Origin: an uncultured Gammaproteobacteria bacterium
Lineage (GTDB): Bacteria > Patescibacteriota > Patescibacteriia > UBA1558 > 2-01-FULL-52-15
Length of the DNA stretch: 55,641 bases
Assembly (NCBI GenBank): GCA_964487895.1
Contig: CAZASM010000004.1
Coordinates: 1-55,641, forward strand
Reading direction: 5' to 3'
The position numbers and the translations under genes are program-made. This document shows positions 28,265 to 37,271 of the stretch, piece by piece. Every line of letters starts with the position of its first letter. Position 1 is the first letter of the stretch. The notes under the pieces were generated by a model that saw nothing but the letters and a program-made list of their open reading frames with translations, was not told the DNA's origin and ran no database searches.

Positions 28265-29161
28265 ATGTATACATCCTTTGGTTTAATCGCTGCGTTCATC
28301 GCTTTTCTCTGCTGGGGCTTTGGCGATTTTTTTATCCATCGTTCGATACGAGCTGTTGGCAAAATGGAAGCTCTTTTTTTTATTACTGTTTTTGGCGCTG
28401 TAATTTTATTGCCGTTTATCAAAGATGAGATATTGATATTTTTATTTGAATCTCAGGCGACTCTCCTGCTTTTGACGGCCGGCATACTGAGCTTCGTCTC
28501 GGCTTATATGCAGTTTCGCGCCTTTGAAACTGGTAAGTTAGCTGCAATCGAGCCAGCTATGAGTATTGAGCTACCTGCTACCATTGCTATTGGAGTTTTA
28601 TTAATTGGCGAGCGTCTAACTCCCTGGCAATTATTGCTACTGACAGGAGTTTTCATCGGTGTTCTCGTGATGTCTATTCATCAGCATCATCAACATTGGT
28701 GGGGCAGGCATAAATCACGGAAAGTTGTTCTAGAGGCCGGTGTTATGATGGCTAGCTTCGGTGCTATTGCGATGGCTGGAACAAATATTATGACTGGCTT
28801 AGCTAGCCGTGGTTCGTCGCCACTAATGACTATTTGGTTCATTCATACATTTCTGGCTATAGTCAGCTTTATCTGGCTGTGGTCAACAGGATCGTTACCA
28901 ACATTAATGCAGGATTTTAAATCTCAGGCTAAGGTTATTATTCCGATGGCGATTTTTGATAATGCCGCTTGGATTGCTTTCAGTTTCGCTGTCTTATCTA
29001 TCCCCATTGCCTTAACGATCGGCATTACTGAGAGTTATGTAGCTTTGGCCGCTTTCTTGGGCTTACGTTTTAATCATGAGAAATTAGAGCGACACCAGAT
29101 CGTTGGTGGCTTGCTGGCAATAACTTGCAGTATAGTTTTAGCCTTAATAAGTAATAGTTAA
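28265..29161 (+). CDS. EamA/DMT-family transporter (10 TM)
   Basis: Two EamA-like halves; hydrophobicity pattern. Confidence 0.6.
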   Translation: MYTSFGLIAAFIAFLCWGFGDFFIHRSIRAVGKMEALFFITVFGAVILLPFIKDEILIFLFESQATLLLLTAGILSFVSAYMQFRAFETGKLAAIEPAMSIELPATIAIGVLLIGERLTPWQLLLLTGVFIGVLVMSIHQHHQHWWGRHKSRKVVLEAGVMMASFGAIAMAGTNIMTGLASRGSSPLMTIWFIHTFLAIVSFIWLWSTGSLPTLMQDFKSQAKVIIPMAIFDNAAWIAFSFAVLSIPIALTIGITESYVALAAFLGLRFNHEKLERHQIVGGLLAITCSIVLALISNS

Positions 29162-29162
29162 T

Positions 29163-29579
29163 ATGATGATCAAATACTCTATTATCATAGCCCGCTTAGC
29201 TCTTGCTCTTGTTTTTATCTGGTTTGGAGCTCTCAAGTTTTGGTTTATCAGTCCAGCCGATGATTTGGTTAGGGAGCTTTTGGCAGTATCGATGCCATTT
29301 ATTCCCTTTGCTCCGTTTCTTATCTTCTTAGCTGCCTACGAAGTAATTATTGGAATACTATTTTTGATCCCACGATTGGAACGTTGGGCTGTGGGCTTGC
29401 TCCTGCCACAAATGTTCGCAACTTTTGGTCCGTTGGTTTTGTTGCCATCGATAACCTGGGCTGGCTTGCTACAGCCGACACTGATTGGTCAGTACATTAT
29501 TAAGAACCTTATTATAGTTGCTTTGGCTTTGCTACTATTTGCAGTCGCTCGTCAGCAGAAATTAGACCGCAGTAGCTAG
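29163..29579 (+). CDS. DoxX-family membrane protein
   Basis: IIIARLALALVFIWFGALKFW is a DoxX-like N-terminus; four TM helices. Confidence 0.5.
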   Translation: MMIKYSIIIARLALALVFIWFGALKFWFISPADDLVRELLAVSMPFIPFAPFLIFLAAYEVIIGILFLIPRLERWAVGLLLPQMFATFGPLVLLPSITWAGLLQPTLIGQYIIKNLIIVALALLLFAVARQQKLDRSS

Positions 29580-29589
29580 TAATAAATTT

Positions 29590-29632
29590 AGTGGAAATAA
29601 AAACTACCTGACGCTTTTATCTGGTAGTTTTT
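29590..29632. terminator. Bidirectional terminator (aaaaactacctgacgcttttatctggtagttttt)
   Basis: Read directly. Confidence 0.6.
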
Positions 29633-29634
29633 AT

Positions 29635-30180
29635 TTAGATATTTTCTTCGTGCGGTATTGTCCGGGCAACATTAGCTCGTTTAATCAGTTCTTCTTGGAG
29701 ATATTCAGCTACGTGTTTATCGATAGCGGGGATAATATTTTTTGATTCATCATTAGCATCGCCTGCATCTTGGGTGCCACCAGAGAGGATGATGAGGCGA
29801 CTGAGACCGAGTAGTCGAAAAAGTAAATTACGGCGATTGTTTATATCTTCCATCTGTCGGTACGGTACTGCATCGACATGGATATCAATAATACCGGTTT
29901 TCACTTTGAGAGAATGATCATCCAGACAATAGGAGTAACCAAAGTATTGAAAGAGTGTGCCGATCAAGCCTATCAGTAGAGTTAAGGGTAACAGCAAGAG
30001 AACTCCCAGAGTGACTTGGTCAAGCATCAGCGGTGTGATGAAATCTGGCATAACTATCATGATGCGCGCAGCGATAACCAAAGCCAAAAGGAGTAGGTTC
30101 AGCACAAACCACTGTCCATGACGTAGAAAAAAGAGGATAAAAGCTCTGCCGCCGAGGCGTTTGTAAATCTCTGGTGTCAT
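29635..30180 (-). CDS. Membrane protein with bacterial PH (YdbS/YdbT-like) domain
   Basis: Two N-terminal TM helices followed by a soluble domain; resemblance to the DUF304/bPH_2 family. Confidence 0.4.
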   Translation of the reverse strand: MTPEIYKRLGGRAFILFFLRHGQWFVLNLLLLALVIAARIMIVMPDFITPLMLDQVTLGVLLLLPLTLLIGLIGTLFQYFGYSYCLDDHSLKVKTGIIDIHVDAVPYRQMEDINNRRNLLFRLLGLSRLIILSGGTQDAGDANDESKNIIPAIDKHVAEYLQEELIKRANVARTIPHEENI

Positions 30181-30320
30181 AATTTCATTGATATTTTAGC
30201 AGAATAATTCATAGATTCATAGAGTAATTGACTCATAGATTAATTGTTCAGACCGTAGGTGGTTTTTCCAATTAATCAATTATTCTATTAGTCTATTAGA
30301 CAATCTGCTATAATACCCCC

Positions 30321-30725
30321 ATGAGATTTTTCAAAGCCCGAAAAATAGATTTGACCCAAGAAGGACTAGCTAAATTTTTAGGCACCTTAGAAGCCCGTAT
30401 TTTGGAGCAGGTTTGGGAGCAATCAGGTATCAATACTAGACAGGTCTGTGATCTGCTCAATCAGGAGCAGGAGATTTCCTTCAATGCTGTACAGACAGTT
30501 TTAGGACGACTGGTTGATAAAGGTATTTTGAAGAAGAAACGTCAGGATGGTGTCTGGTGCTATCAGGCAACTTATGATCGAGCTACTTTGTACCGTTATA
30601 TTTCCAGCGATGTAGTGGAGTCGTTGTTACAAGAAAAAGATTTATTTGGCGTCGCAGCTTTTGCTCGTCTCGCGACTAAGCTTTCGGCAGAAGAGAAAGC
30701 TAATTTGAAAAAACTTTTACGATGA
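30321..30725 (+). CDS. BlaI/MecI/CopY-family winged-helix transcriptional repressor
   Basis: The N-terminus EARILEQVWEQSGINTRQVCDLL...VQTVLGRLVDKGIL is typical of the penicillinase repressor family. Confidence 0.7.
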   Translation: MRFFKARKIDLTQEGLAKFLGTLEARILEQVWEQSGINTRQVCDLLNQEQEISFNAVQTVLGRLVDKGILKKKRQDGVWCYQATYDRATLYRYISSDVVESLLQEKDLFGVAAFARLATKLSAEEKANLKKLLR

Positions 30726-31690
30726 AATCATTAGTGATTAAAAATAAAGGACAAAAAATTGTCCCGTTGGTTATCATTGTTGGTTTGTTGTCTTTACCTC
30801 TCTTGATTTGGTTATTCTTACGTCAAGAAATACAATCCGCTTTCATCTACTGCCGAGAAACAATTGTAGTTCAGTATGGTTCGCATCAGCTACTGTTTGT
30901 GAGTTTAGCGGTGCTGACCATGTGTCTGGCGATCAGTGGTATTAATTTGGTAATCTTATGGTGGAGAGAGGTAGCTCAGACGCGAGCCATACGACGCTGG
31001 GCTTCCTTGAGATTAGTTGCGAGTCATGAAGATATTACTGTGGTGAAGGCCTCTGAGCCTTTAGCTATTACCATTGGCTATGTACGGCCGACCATTATCT
31101 ATTCTACAGGCTTAATTGCATTACTCCAGGAAGAAGAGCTGGAGGCGGTGTTAGCTCATGAGATCGCCCATCAGACGCATCGTGATCCCTTACGTCGTTT
31201 AGGCCTTTATAGTTTGATGAGATTTTTTTGGTTCTGGCCGGCACTGAGTGGTTTGACCAAATACTATGTTACTCAGCAGGAAGCTAGAGCCGATAGCGTT
31301 GCTGCTCAGAGTGTCGGCAGTGCTGTGGTGGTCAGTAGTATGAAAAAAATAGTAACTACCATTGTCACGCTGCAAAGGACTAGTCTCAGTAGTTGCGCTT
31401 TCTCTTTTAGCCCCGAGCGCTTATTAGCCGCGCAGACCGGTACAGGGTACTATCATTTTCAATTTTCAATCGGTGAATTACTAGGGTCGAGCATTAGCTT
31501 GATTATTATTTTGTTCGTTGTTATGTTTGGCACCACGGCTGTTCAGGCTCAGGGAGAAGCAGTGAACCATAACCTGCTTTGTCAATATGTAGCCGAACAT
31601 AATGTGATGGTAGGTTTTAGTCCTTTATTGACACAATCCACGGATAACTTCGAACCAGCACAAGATGCTTATCTAGTTTGGCGTCCTTAG
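30722..31690 (+). CDS. BlaR1/MecR1-like M56-family membrane metallopeptidase (no C-terminal sensor domain)
   Basis: Four TM helices. Zinc motif HEIAHQTHRD within the M56 region. Translationally coupled to the repressor gene (4-nt overlap). Confidence 0.65.
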   Translation: MKSLVIKNKGQKIVPLVIIVGLLSLPLLIWLFLRQEIQSAFIYCRETIVVQYGSHQLLFVSLAVLTMCLAISGINLVILWWREVAQTRAIRRWASLRLVASHEDITVVKASEPLAITIGYVRPTIIYSTGLIALLQEEELEAVLAHEIAHQTHRDPLRRLGLYSLMRFFWFWPALSGLTKYYVTQQEARADSVAAQSVGSAVVVSSMKKIVTTIVTLQRTSLSSCAFSFSPERLLAAQTGTGYYHFQFSIGELLGSSISLIIILFVVMFGTTAVQAQGEAVNHNLLCQYVAEHNVMVGFSPLLTQSTDNFEPAQDAYLVWRP

Positions 31691-31753
31691 ATGGTTGCAA
31701 AACTACAGGCTGTAGTGTATAATTATTTTATTAATTAAATAAGTCAATAAGTC

Positions 31754-32491
31754 ATGGAACAAAGATTTATGAATAACTCTTTCATCCAAGGAGTTGTCGT
31801 CGGCGTCGTTGTCGTCGGTTTATTGGGTGGCGTTTATATGCTCGGAGCACGTAACGGTGGTGGTTTGTCATTAGGTACTGGTAACACAGTAACCAACCCG
31901 ACACCGACAGCACCTACAGGTGATCCGAACCAACCAAAGTTAGGAGAAGTAAAACCTATTAGTAAAGATGATCACATCGTTGGTAAATCCAATGCCAAGA
32001 TTGTTTTACTAGAATACTCTGATTTAGAATGTCCATACTGCAAGACTTTCCATGCAACGATGCAACAGGTTGTCGATGCCTATGGTGACAAAGTTGCTTG
32101 GGTCTATCGTCATTTCCCACTATCATTCCACGCTAACGCTCAGAAAGAAGCTGAAGCTTCAGAGTGTGTCGCTTCTCTGGGGGGTAATGATAAATTCTGG
32201 AAGTTTGTTAATGCTATCTACGAACGTACTACTGCGAACGGCACAGGATTTGCTCTGGATAAGCTAGCACCTTTAGCGAAAGAAGTAGGTGTTGATGAAG
32301 CTAAGTTTACTGATTGTTTGAATAGCGGTAAATTTGCTGACAAAGTTAAAACTGATCTAGCTGAAGGTCAGACAGCTGGTGTCACTGGCACACCTGGAAC
32401 TATCATCATCGTTGATGGTAAACCACAAAGCATCATCCCTGGTGCACTACCATTCGCTTCCATCAAAGCTACTATTGACGGTCTATTATAA
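31754..32491 (+). CDS. dsbA: DsbA-like thiol:disulfide oxidoreductase (membrane anchored)
   Basis: Active site ECPYCK; N-terminal TM. Confidence 0.7.
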   Translation: MEQRFMNNSFIQGVVVGVVVVGLLGGVYMLGARNGGGLSLGTGNTVTNPTPTAPTGDPNQPKLGEVKPISKDDHIVGKSNAKIVLLEYSDLECPYCKTFHATMQQVVDAYGDKVAWVYRHFPLSFHANAQKEAEASECVASLGGNDKFWKFVNAIYERTTANGTGFALDKLAPLAKEVGVDEAKFTDCLNSGKFADKVKTDLAEGQTAGVTGTPGTIIIVDGKPQSIIPGALPFASIKATIDGLL

Positions 32492-32497
32492 TTAACA

Positions 32498-33226
32498 ATG
32501 GAGGTTGGAGTACTCTTAGCCTTTGGCGCCGGTTTCCTGACATTTTTTGCCGGTTGTTTACTCCCAATTTTACCAGCTTATCTTAGCTATCTGGGCGGCC
32601 TCTCCGCTTCATCTCAGGATGAAGACAGGGAGAGGCCGTTTTGGTTACGCAAAGTTTTCATTAATAGTTTATTTTTTTCTTTAGGGTTTATTGTTATCTT
32701 CGTTGCTTTCGGTTTGGTAGCGACGACGATAGGCAACAATATCATCAAAGACCGTCAGCTCTGGCAACATGTTGGTGGTGTTATTCTGATAGCGTTAGGC
32801 ATTTATAATTTGGAGTTAATTCCCTGGGCACGATTATTTGGTTCGGTGCAGTTCCGACCGCCGATGGCCCGTGCTCGTACGCGTTTGGGAGCTTTTATTT
32901 TAGGATTAACTTTTGGCTTTGCTTGGACACCGTGTATCGGTCCAACACTGGGGGCTATCTTGGTGGCTGCTAGTCTGGGCACATCAAAACTTTACGGCAT
33001 AATTTTGCTCGTAGTTTTTGGGTTAGGTTTAGCTTCACCTTTTATCATTTTTGGTCTGGTGGCTGAGTCAGTACGCAATAAACTATCAATAGTTAATCGT
33101 TGGGCATTGTATATACGTTGGTTTTTCTCCCTTATCATTATCATCATAGGTGTACTAATGCTGACAGGGCATATGAGCTATATTTCTTCTTGGTTTTTGG
33201 AGCGGGCTCCGGCGATTGTAATTTAG
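32498..33226 (+). CDS. ccdA: CcdA/DsbD-like transmembrane thiol-disulfide electron transporter
   Basis: FFAGCLLPILPAY...WTPCIGP: two conserved Cys-containing TM motifs of the CcdA family. Confidence 0.7.
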   Translation: MEVGVLLAFGAGFLTFFAGCLLPILPAYLSYLGGLSASSQDEDRERPFWLRKVFINSLFFSLGFIVIFVAFGLVATTIGNNIIKDRQLWQHVGGVILIALGIYNLELIPWARLFGSVQFRPPMARARTRLGAFILGLTFGFAWTPCIGPTLGAILVAASLGTSKLYGIILLVVFGLGLASPFIIFGLVAESVRNKLSIVNRWALYIRWFFSLIIIIIGVLMLTGHMSYISSWFLERAPAIVI

Positions 33227-33254
33227 GTCAGAAAGTTGGTTCTATGTTAAAGAC

Positions 33255-33290
33255 CTCCAATCATATTGATCGGAGGTCTTTGGTTTGTGA
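33255..33290. terminator. Bidirectional terminator (aaagacctccaatcatattgatcggaggtcttt)
   Basis: Perfect 9-bp stem flanked by A and T runs. Confidence 0.6.
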
Positions 33291-33303
33291 TTTGAGATAG
33301 TAC

Positions 33304-33720
33304 TCAGATAATTCTGATAACAACGCCAAAGCGGTTGAGGTATCCTAGGTGGATGATCTGGCCGTTACTCCAGTAGAGCAAGTCACCGGCACGAGCCAGT
33401 GATCTATCATGCTGAGTGAGTTTCAGATTACTATCGGCATCCCAGATCATCTGCGGGTTGCCATAGTATTGTGGCTGAAGCAAATCGCTGGCGAAACTCC
33501 AGTTGTAACCATGAGCCATCTCATGAATCAAGAGATCTGTGCCCCTCGGATATTCACCGTACTGAGTTGGGAGCCATTCTATGGCACTGATAATGCTCAG
33601 ACAGCTGCTACGCGTCATAATGTCACTACGCATTTCAATCACCACGGTAGTCAGGAGTGCCACATAGAGAATGCCGGCCAGCAAGACCCTAGCCCACAAT
33701 TCTTTTTCATGTCTGTACAT
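33304..33720 (-). CDS. Small membrane-anchored HExxH (zinc-metallopeptidase-like) protein
   Basis: The ATG at 33720 has RBS aaaggagg. One TM helix, then the motif LLIHEMAHGYNW. Moderately elevated GC. Confidence 0.45.
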   Translation of the reverse strand: MYRHEKELWARVLLAGILYVALLTTVVIEMRSDIMTRSSCLSIISAIEWLPTQYGEYPRGTDLLIHEMAHGYNWSFASDLLQPQYYGNPQMIWDADSNLKLTQHDRSLARAGDLLYWSNGQIIHLGYLNRFGVVIRII

Positions 33721-33923
33721 GGATAGTCCTCCTTTGAGGTGAGCTGGCGAAGAGATATACTCCCTTCGACACGGCTCTATTCTCAAAGGGAGCTACCCCA
33801 CCACTGGCTGATTTGGAACAACAATGAACAGGTACTCCAACCCTAGCAGGAGGGCTTTGATTTTGCAACAGCTCTATTTGGCAGCTATATTTATCTGTCA
33901 TAGGATGAATATGTCGACAAAAA

Positions 33924-33957
33924 TAAAACTCCACTTCAACTGGTGGAGTTTTATCTT
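33924..33957. terminator. Bidirectional terminator (aaaactccacttcaactggtggagtttt)
   Basis: Read directly. Confidence 0.6.
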
Positions 33958-33962
33958 GTAGG

Positions 33963-34223
33963 TTAACGACCTTTCTTTTTCGCGGCCATTTTTTTCATTA
34001 GACCGATAGCAGCGATAGTAGCAGCTGCAGCAGCTATACCCTGAAAAATTTTCTTCTTCATCTTGGGATCAAGCTTGGTATACATTTTTTTCGCCTGAGT
34101 AGCGTGATCAATCACTTGGTCGATCATGCTATTGATATCGTTAGCGTCATCAGCTGCATTCTTGATGATTTTCTTAGTTGCCGTTGGCATATGTGTATGG
34201 TTAATGATTAGTATTTTTAGCAT
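33963..34223 (-). CDS. Small Lys-rich protein with C-terminal hydrophobic helix
   Basis: ORF only; host-like low GC. Confidence 0.35.
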   Translation of the reverse strand: MLKILIINHTHMPTATKKIIKNAADDANDINSMIDQVIDHATQAKKMYTKLDPKMKKKIFQGIAAAAATIAAIGLMKKMAAKKKGR

Positions 34224-34373
34224 AACATCAAATGTAGAAAGGCAACAGCTTTTTTGAGGTAAAAAATGTTGTAATACTTTTCGTTAATTTGAAAAAGCCC
34301 GTCAGCTATTGGCTAACGGGCTCGAGAACTTTTCGGTCATGATGACCAGGCTGTTCTCCTTACCTTGGTGAAG

Positions 34374-35237
34374 TTACTTGAGAAAGTTGATCCCCTGCTG
34401 AAACCGGAGTTCCAGCTGAGGCGATTGACCCTCCACGATGTGGTGGTTGAGTTCCAGTCGGGATCTCCAACCCAACTGGCGCTGGATAGAGAAGAGACCA
34501 CCGAAGCGATTGCTGGCATTGACCTCTTCGAACTGTGCGCCGACTGACCAAACTTCGCTGAGTTTGACGATGCCGTTGAAGTGCAACGCGGTGTTGTCAT
34601 ATTCACGACGGGCAAGTGCAAAGTTCAGTTGCAGCGGTCCGTGCGCTGTTCCGATGAAAATCGCTTCGTAGTCACGATTTCCACGCGGCTCAACCTGACC
34701 AACCAGACTTACTGTCAGGTCGGGAGCCAAGTTGAACACAATGCGTCCAGCCAGATCGAGATCACCGTCGACGTTTTTGTTCAGAACGCCCTCGCCGTTG
34801 TAAGCGGCAAGGTGCGCCGAGAAGCTCTTGTCGGTATAGCCGACCATCACGCCCTCGTCCACGAACTGAGGGTTCAGCTTGAGGAGCGGGGTCGACGGAA
34901 AGAAAACATTCCACGGCCCCGGATGATCATAGGTCGTCAGCGTCAGCAGGATGCCGGCATCGACCTTGAGCCCCGAACCCAGGACGTAATTGACGTCCAA
35001 GATCTGGGGTTTGTTACTGACGAGGTTGTACTCACCGACGAGCGTCAGGCGCTCGTTGATGACCTTCTTGCCCAGCAGCCGAGCCACGGGGATATCGAAG
35101 GCCTCGTTATCGCCGGCGATGCTGCCCGTGGTCTGGAAGTATCCCCACAGCAGGTTGGTGTTCGACTGGGCTTCGGCGGACTGACAGGTGATGCTAACGC
35201 CGAGGAAAGCCACCAGTGCGATCAGGACAGACTTCAT
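34374..35237 (-). CDS. Secreted beta-strand-rich protein (porin/outer-membrane-like or periplasmic), high GC
   Basis: Signal peptide MKSVLIALVAFLGVSITCQSAEA; alternating hydrophobic pattern; RBS aaggagg. Confidence 0.45.
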   Translation of the reverse strand: MKSVLIALVAFLGVSITCQSAEAQSNTNLLWGYFQTTGSIAGDNEAFDIPVARLLGKKVINERLTLVGEYNLVSNKPQILDVNYVLGSGLKVDAGILLTLTTYDHPGPWNVFFPSTPLLKLNPQFVDEGVMVGYTDKSFSAHLAAYNGEGVLNKNVDGDLDLAGRIVFNLAPDLTVSLVGQVEPRGNRDYEAIFIGTAHGPLQLNFALARREYDNTALHFNGIVKLSEVWSVGAQFEEVNASNRFGGLFSIQRQLGWRSRLELNHHIVEGQSPQLELRFQQGINFLK

Positions 35238-35460
35238 GAACTGCCTCCTTACGGTTGAGTTGGAATGCTATTGTATTTCGTCTACGCCGCTGAAGATCTC
35301 TAAGGGCCAAAAGGCCGAGAGCTACGATCTGGGAGATTATCAGACAGGTCCGATAATAACCACAGACAAGGTATCTCTATATTGATCCGCTAGACAGCTA
35401 AAGCTGGAGTAGATCAACCAGATCTCCATGGGTGTAGACGAAATATGATTTATAAATGTG

Positions 35461-35533
35461 CGTTACTTTTCTGAACCAACCATCATTGATGATGAGTTCG
35501 GAAGAGCGGACGATACACCGAGGTGTATCGTCC
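35461..35533 (-). repeat. Island-2 intergenic repeat, copy A (conserved arm plus variant hairpin cggacgatacac-ctcg-gtgtatcgtccg)
   Basis: Shares ttctgaaccaaYcatcWttgWtgatga...cggaagag with copy D. A hairpin occupies the same position as in copies B, C and D but has a different sequence. Confidence 0.6.
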
Positions 35534-35550
35534 GATCACTACTGTCGTGT

Positions 35551-35991
35551 TCAGGGTTCGTCAGTTGGGGTAGCTTTCACCAACCAAAGGAAGTCGTTGT
35601 GGTAGATGCCTTGTGAGTCATTGTAGTGTACGTTAGTCACAAGCACCTTTTGACCGGCACGGACATCAACAGGATGAACCGTCTTAATCGTGTATACGGT
35701 TCCTTTGGGGTCTCTTGCTTCAAAGAAGCACAGGCCAACTTCCGAAGCCTCGCTGATGATACCTGTGACGACTTCATAGGTCGCGGGCTTGGTCCAGGGA
35801 TCGGTCAGGATTTCAGTGGGTTTGTAGGGCTCCACCGGAGAGTCGACAGCGACCTGATCGCTGGCGATCGCCGTACTGCGATCGGGCCAAGGAGCGGTCG
35901 TGCCCTTGGTCTTGTCGATGTAGTAGTACAGCGCAATAACGACAACTGCCAGAAATCCAACGAACTTCCATGTACGCATAAAACGGGGCAT
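35551..35991 (-). CDS. NfeD-like short protein (N-terminal TM plus C-terminal OB-fold beta domain)
   Basis: TM helix followed by GTVYTIKTVHPVDVRAGQKVLVTNV, which resembles the NfeD C-terminal domain that usually partners SPFH proteins. Confidence 0.4.
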   Translation of the reverse strand: MPRFMRTWKFVGFLAVVVIALYYYIDKTKGTTAPWPDRSTAIASDQVAVDSPVEPYKPTEILTDPWTKPATYEVVTGIISEASEVGLCFFEARDPKGTVYTIKTVHPVDVRAGQKVLVTNVHYNDSQGIYHNDFLWLVKATPTDEP

Positions 35992-36068
35992 GGTAGAAAC
36001 CTCCTAAAAGAGTGAATAGCTATACAGTAGTGTTATATGTAAACCGCTAAGCTAGCGGTGTTTTCGAA

Positions 36069-36149
36069 GAACGAATTACACGTCTGAGACTACTAGATCA
36101 AAGTCTACTAATCTCGGATGTGTGGAGGAAGCGACGAATCGCTTCCTCC
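36069..36149 (-). repeat. Island-2 intergenic repeat, copy B (hairpin ggaggaagcg-acgaat-cgcttcctcc)
   Basis: About 85% identical to copy C over roughly 80 nt; lies immediately 3' of the stop of the 114-aa gene. Confidence 0.65.
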
Positions 36150-36154
36150 GATGA

Positions 36155-36498
36155 TTACCTCTGCTGCACCCAATGAATATGAGACGGATGAGTTGAGTGG
36201 AATTCGGACGTAACTCCGTCTCCCAACTCGATGAAAGACTGCCGAATCATTTTTTCGGCTTGGAGAAACCCTTCCGCCGCCGACGTTTCATCAGCAAATC
36301 GAAATTTCTCCAGAAAAACACCCGCCACTTCTGGTTGTTCCGTCTCGAATTCTTCGTCTCCGAAGGAGACGACCCAACCTTTTTCTTTTTCGATCATACC
36401 GTTACATGACGGTAAATCGAATCCAGGGGACCAGAGGAACAAGTCGCTTCCTCTGAGTACGCATTCGAGCCCTCTGTAACTGTTGATGCATGCGAACA
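36155..36498 (-). CDS. Acidic cytoplasmic 114-aa hypothetical protein
   Basis: Strong RBS gggaggagg 6 nt upstream of the ATG at 36498. The track ORF extends to 36700 only by reading through repeat C. Confidence 0.45.
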
Positions 36499-36617
36499 TT
36501 TTTGCCTCCTCCCACCGAAGTGGGGATGTAAGTCTGGCCGGTCTGCGCGGAATGCGTGACCGGTAGAGCCAATCCCCTTCGCTGCGGGGTAGAAAAAACT
36601 TTTTATTTGAATGTAAT

Positions 36618-36698
36618 GAACTTAGTACACATCTGAGATTATTAGAACGAAGTCTACTAATCTCGGATGTGTGGAGGAAGCGATGTTCTGCTTCCTCC
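36618..36698 (-). repeat. Island-2 intergenic repeat, copy C (hairpin ggaggaagcg-atgttctg-cttcctcc)
   Basis: See copy B; the hairpin loop differs while the stem is conserved. Confidence 0.65.
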
Positions 36699-36712
36699 AA
36701 TTTGAACCATGT

Positions 36713-37063
36713 TCAGCGTCGCAGCCAGAACAGCAAGAAAAATGTTACAGTTCCGATGAGCCAGATGATCCCACCTGATACCAGGATGAATCTTACTCGG
36801 CTGACACGTAACTTGCTACTGCAACGATCGATCAGGTCAGGCCTGATATATTGATTGCTGAAATGCACGTAGAGCAAGATGGCCAGTGTGGTTACTGACA
36901 TCCCACCCAAGTTCGAGAAACAGAGGTAAGCTATCGGCTCAAGCAGACCTCCTGGTCCGGTATAGGGGCAAATCAAAGCATCGCGGAGCATGAGACCAAA
37001 GATTAGAATCACGACAGGAATTGAAAATCCTGTCGGTACATCTAGACTTCTGCGATTGAGCAT
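36713..37063 (-). CDS. Three- to four-TM small membrane protein
   Basis: RBS ggagg; hydrophobic helices. Confidence 0.45.
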   Translation of the reverse strand: MLNRRSLDVPTGFSIPVVILIFGLMLRDALICPYTGPGGLLEPIAYLCFSNLGGMSVTTLAILLYVHFSNQYIRPDLIDRCSSKLRVSRVRFILVSGGIIWLIGTVTFFLLFWLRR

Positions 37064-37137
37064 TGAAACCTCCAGAAAACTGGTGCACAGCAGTAAGAAA
37101 GATGTATGTAAATTGTCTTAAAGACAGCTTATGAAAA

Positions 37138-37271
37138 GAACTTAGTACTCTTCTGAACCAATCATCTTGTATGATGACAAGCTCGGAAGAGTGGAGGAAG
37201 CGACGAATCGCTTCCTCCATGAGAACATTTCGGTCATGTTGACCAGGTTGTTCTCCTATACCTTGTTGAAG
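37138..37271 (-). repeat. Island-2 intergenic repeat, copy D (full-length: stop-proximal arm, ggaggaagcgacgaatcgcttcctcc hairpin, distal arm)
   Basis: Contains all modules. The stop-proximal arm ttcggtcatgWtgaccaggYtgttctcc...gaagTTA recurs as copy E (34324-34373) after the last gene. Confidence 0.65.

Noticed and set aside
36155-37220. Track ORFs 36155..36700 (181 aa) and 36939..37220 (93 aa), both starting MEEA..RFLH
   Set aside because: Their N-terminal parts are translations of the repeat hairpin ATGGAGGAAGCGnnnnnnCGCTTCCTCC. The 181-aa ORF has a strong internal RBS plus ATG at 36498 defining a 114-aa gene. The 93-aa ORF lies wholly within repeat D and was not called.
34321-37271. CRISPR array interpretation of the island-2 repeats
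   Set aside because: The repeats are 50-130 nt, modular and imperfect, and separated by whole genes of 350-1900 bp rather than short uniform spacers. There are no cas genes.
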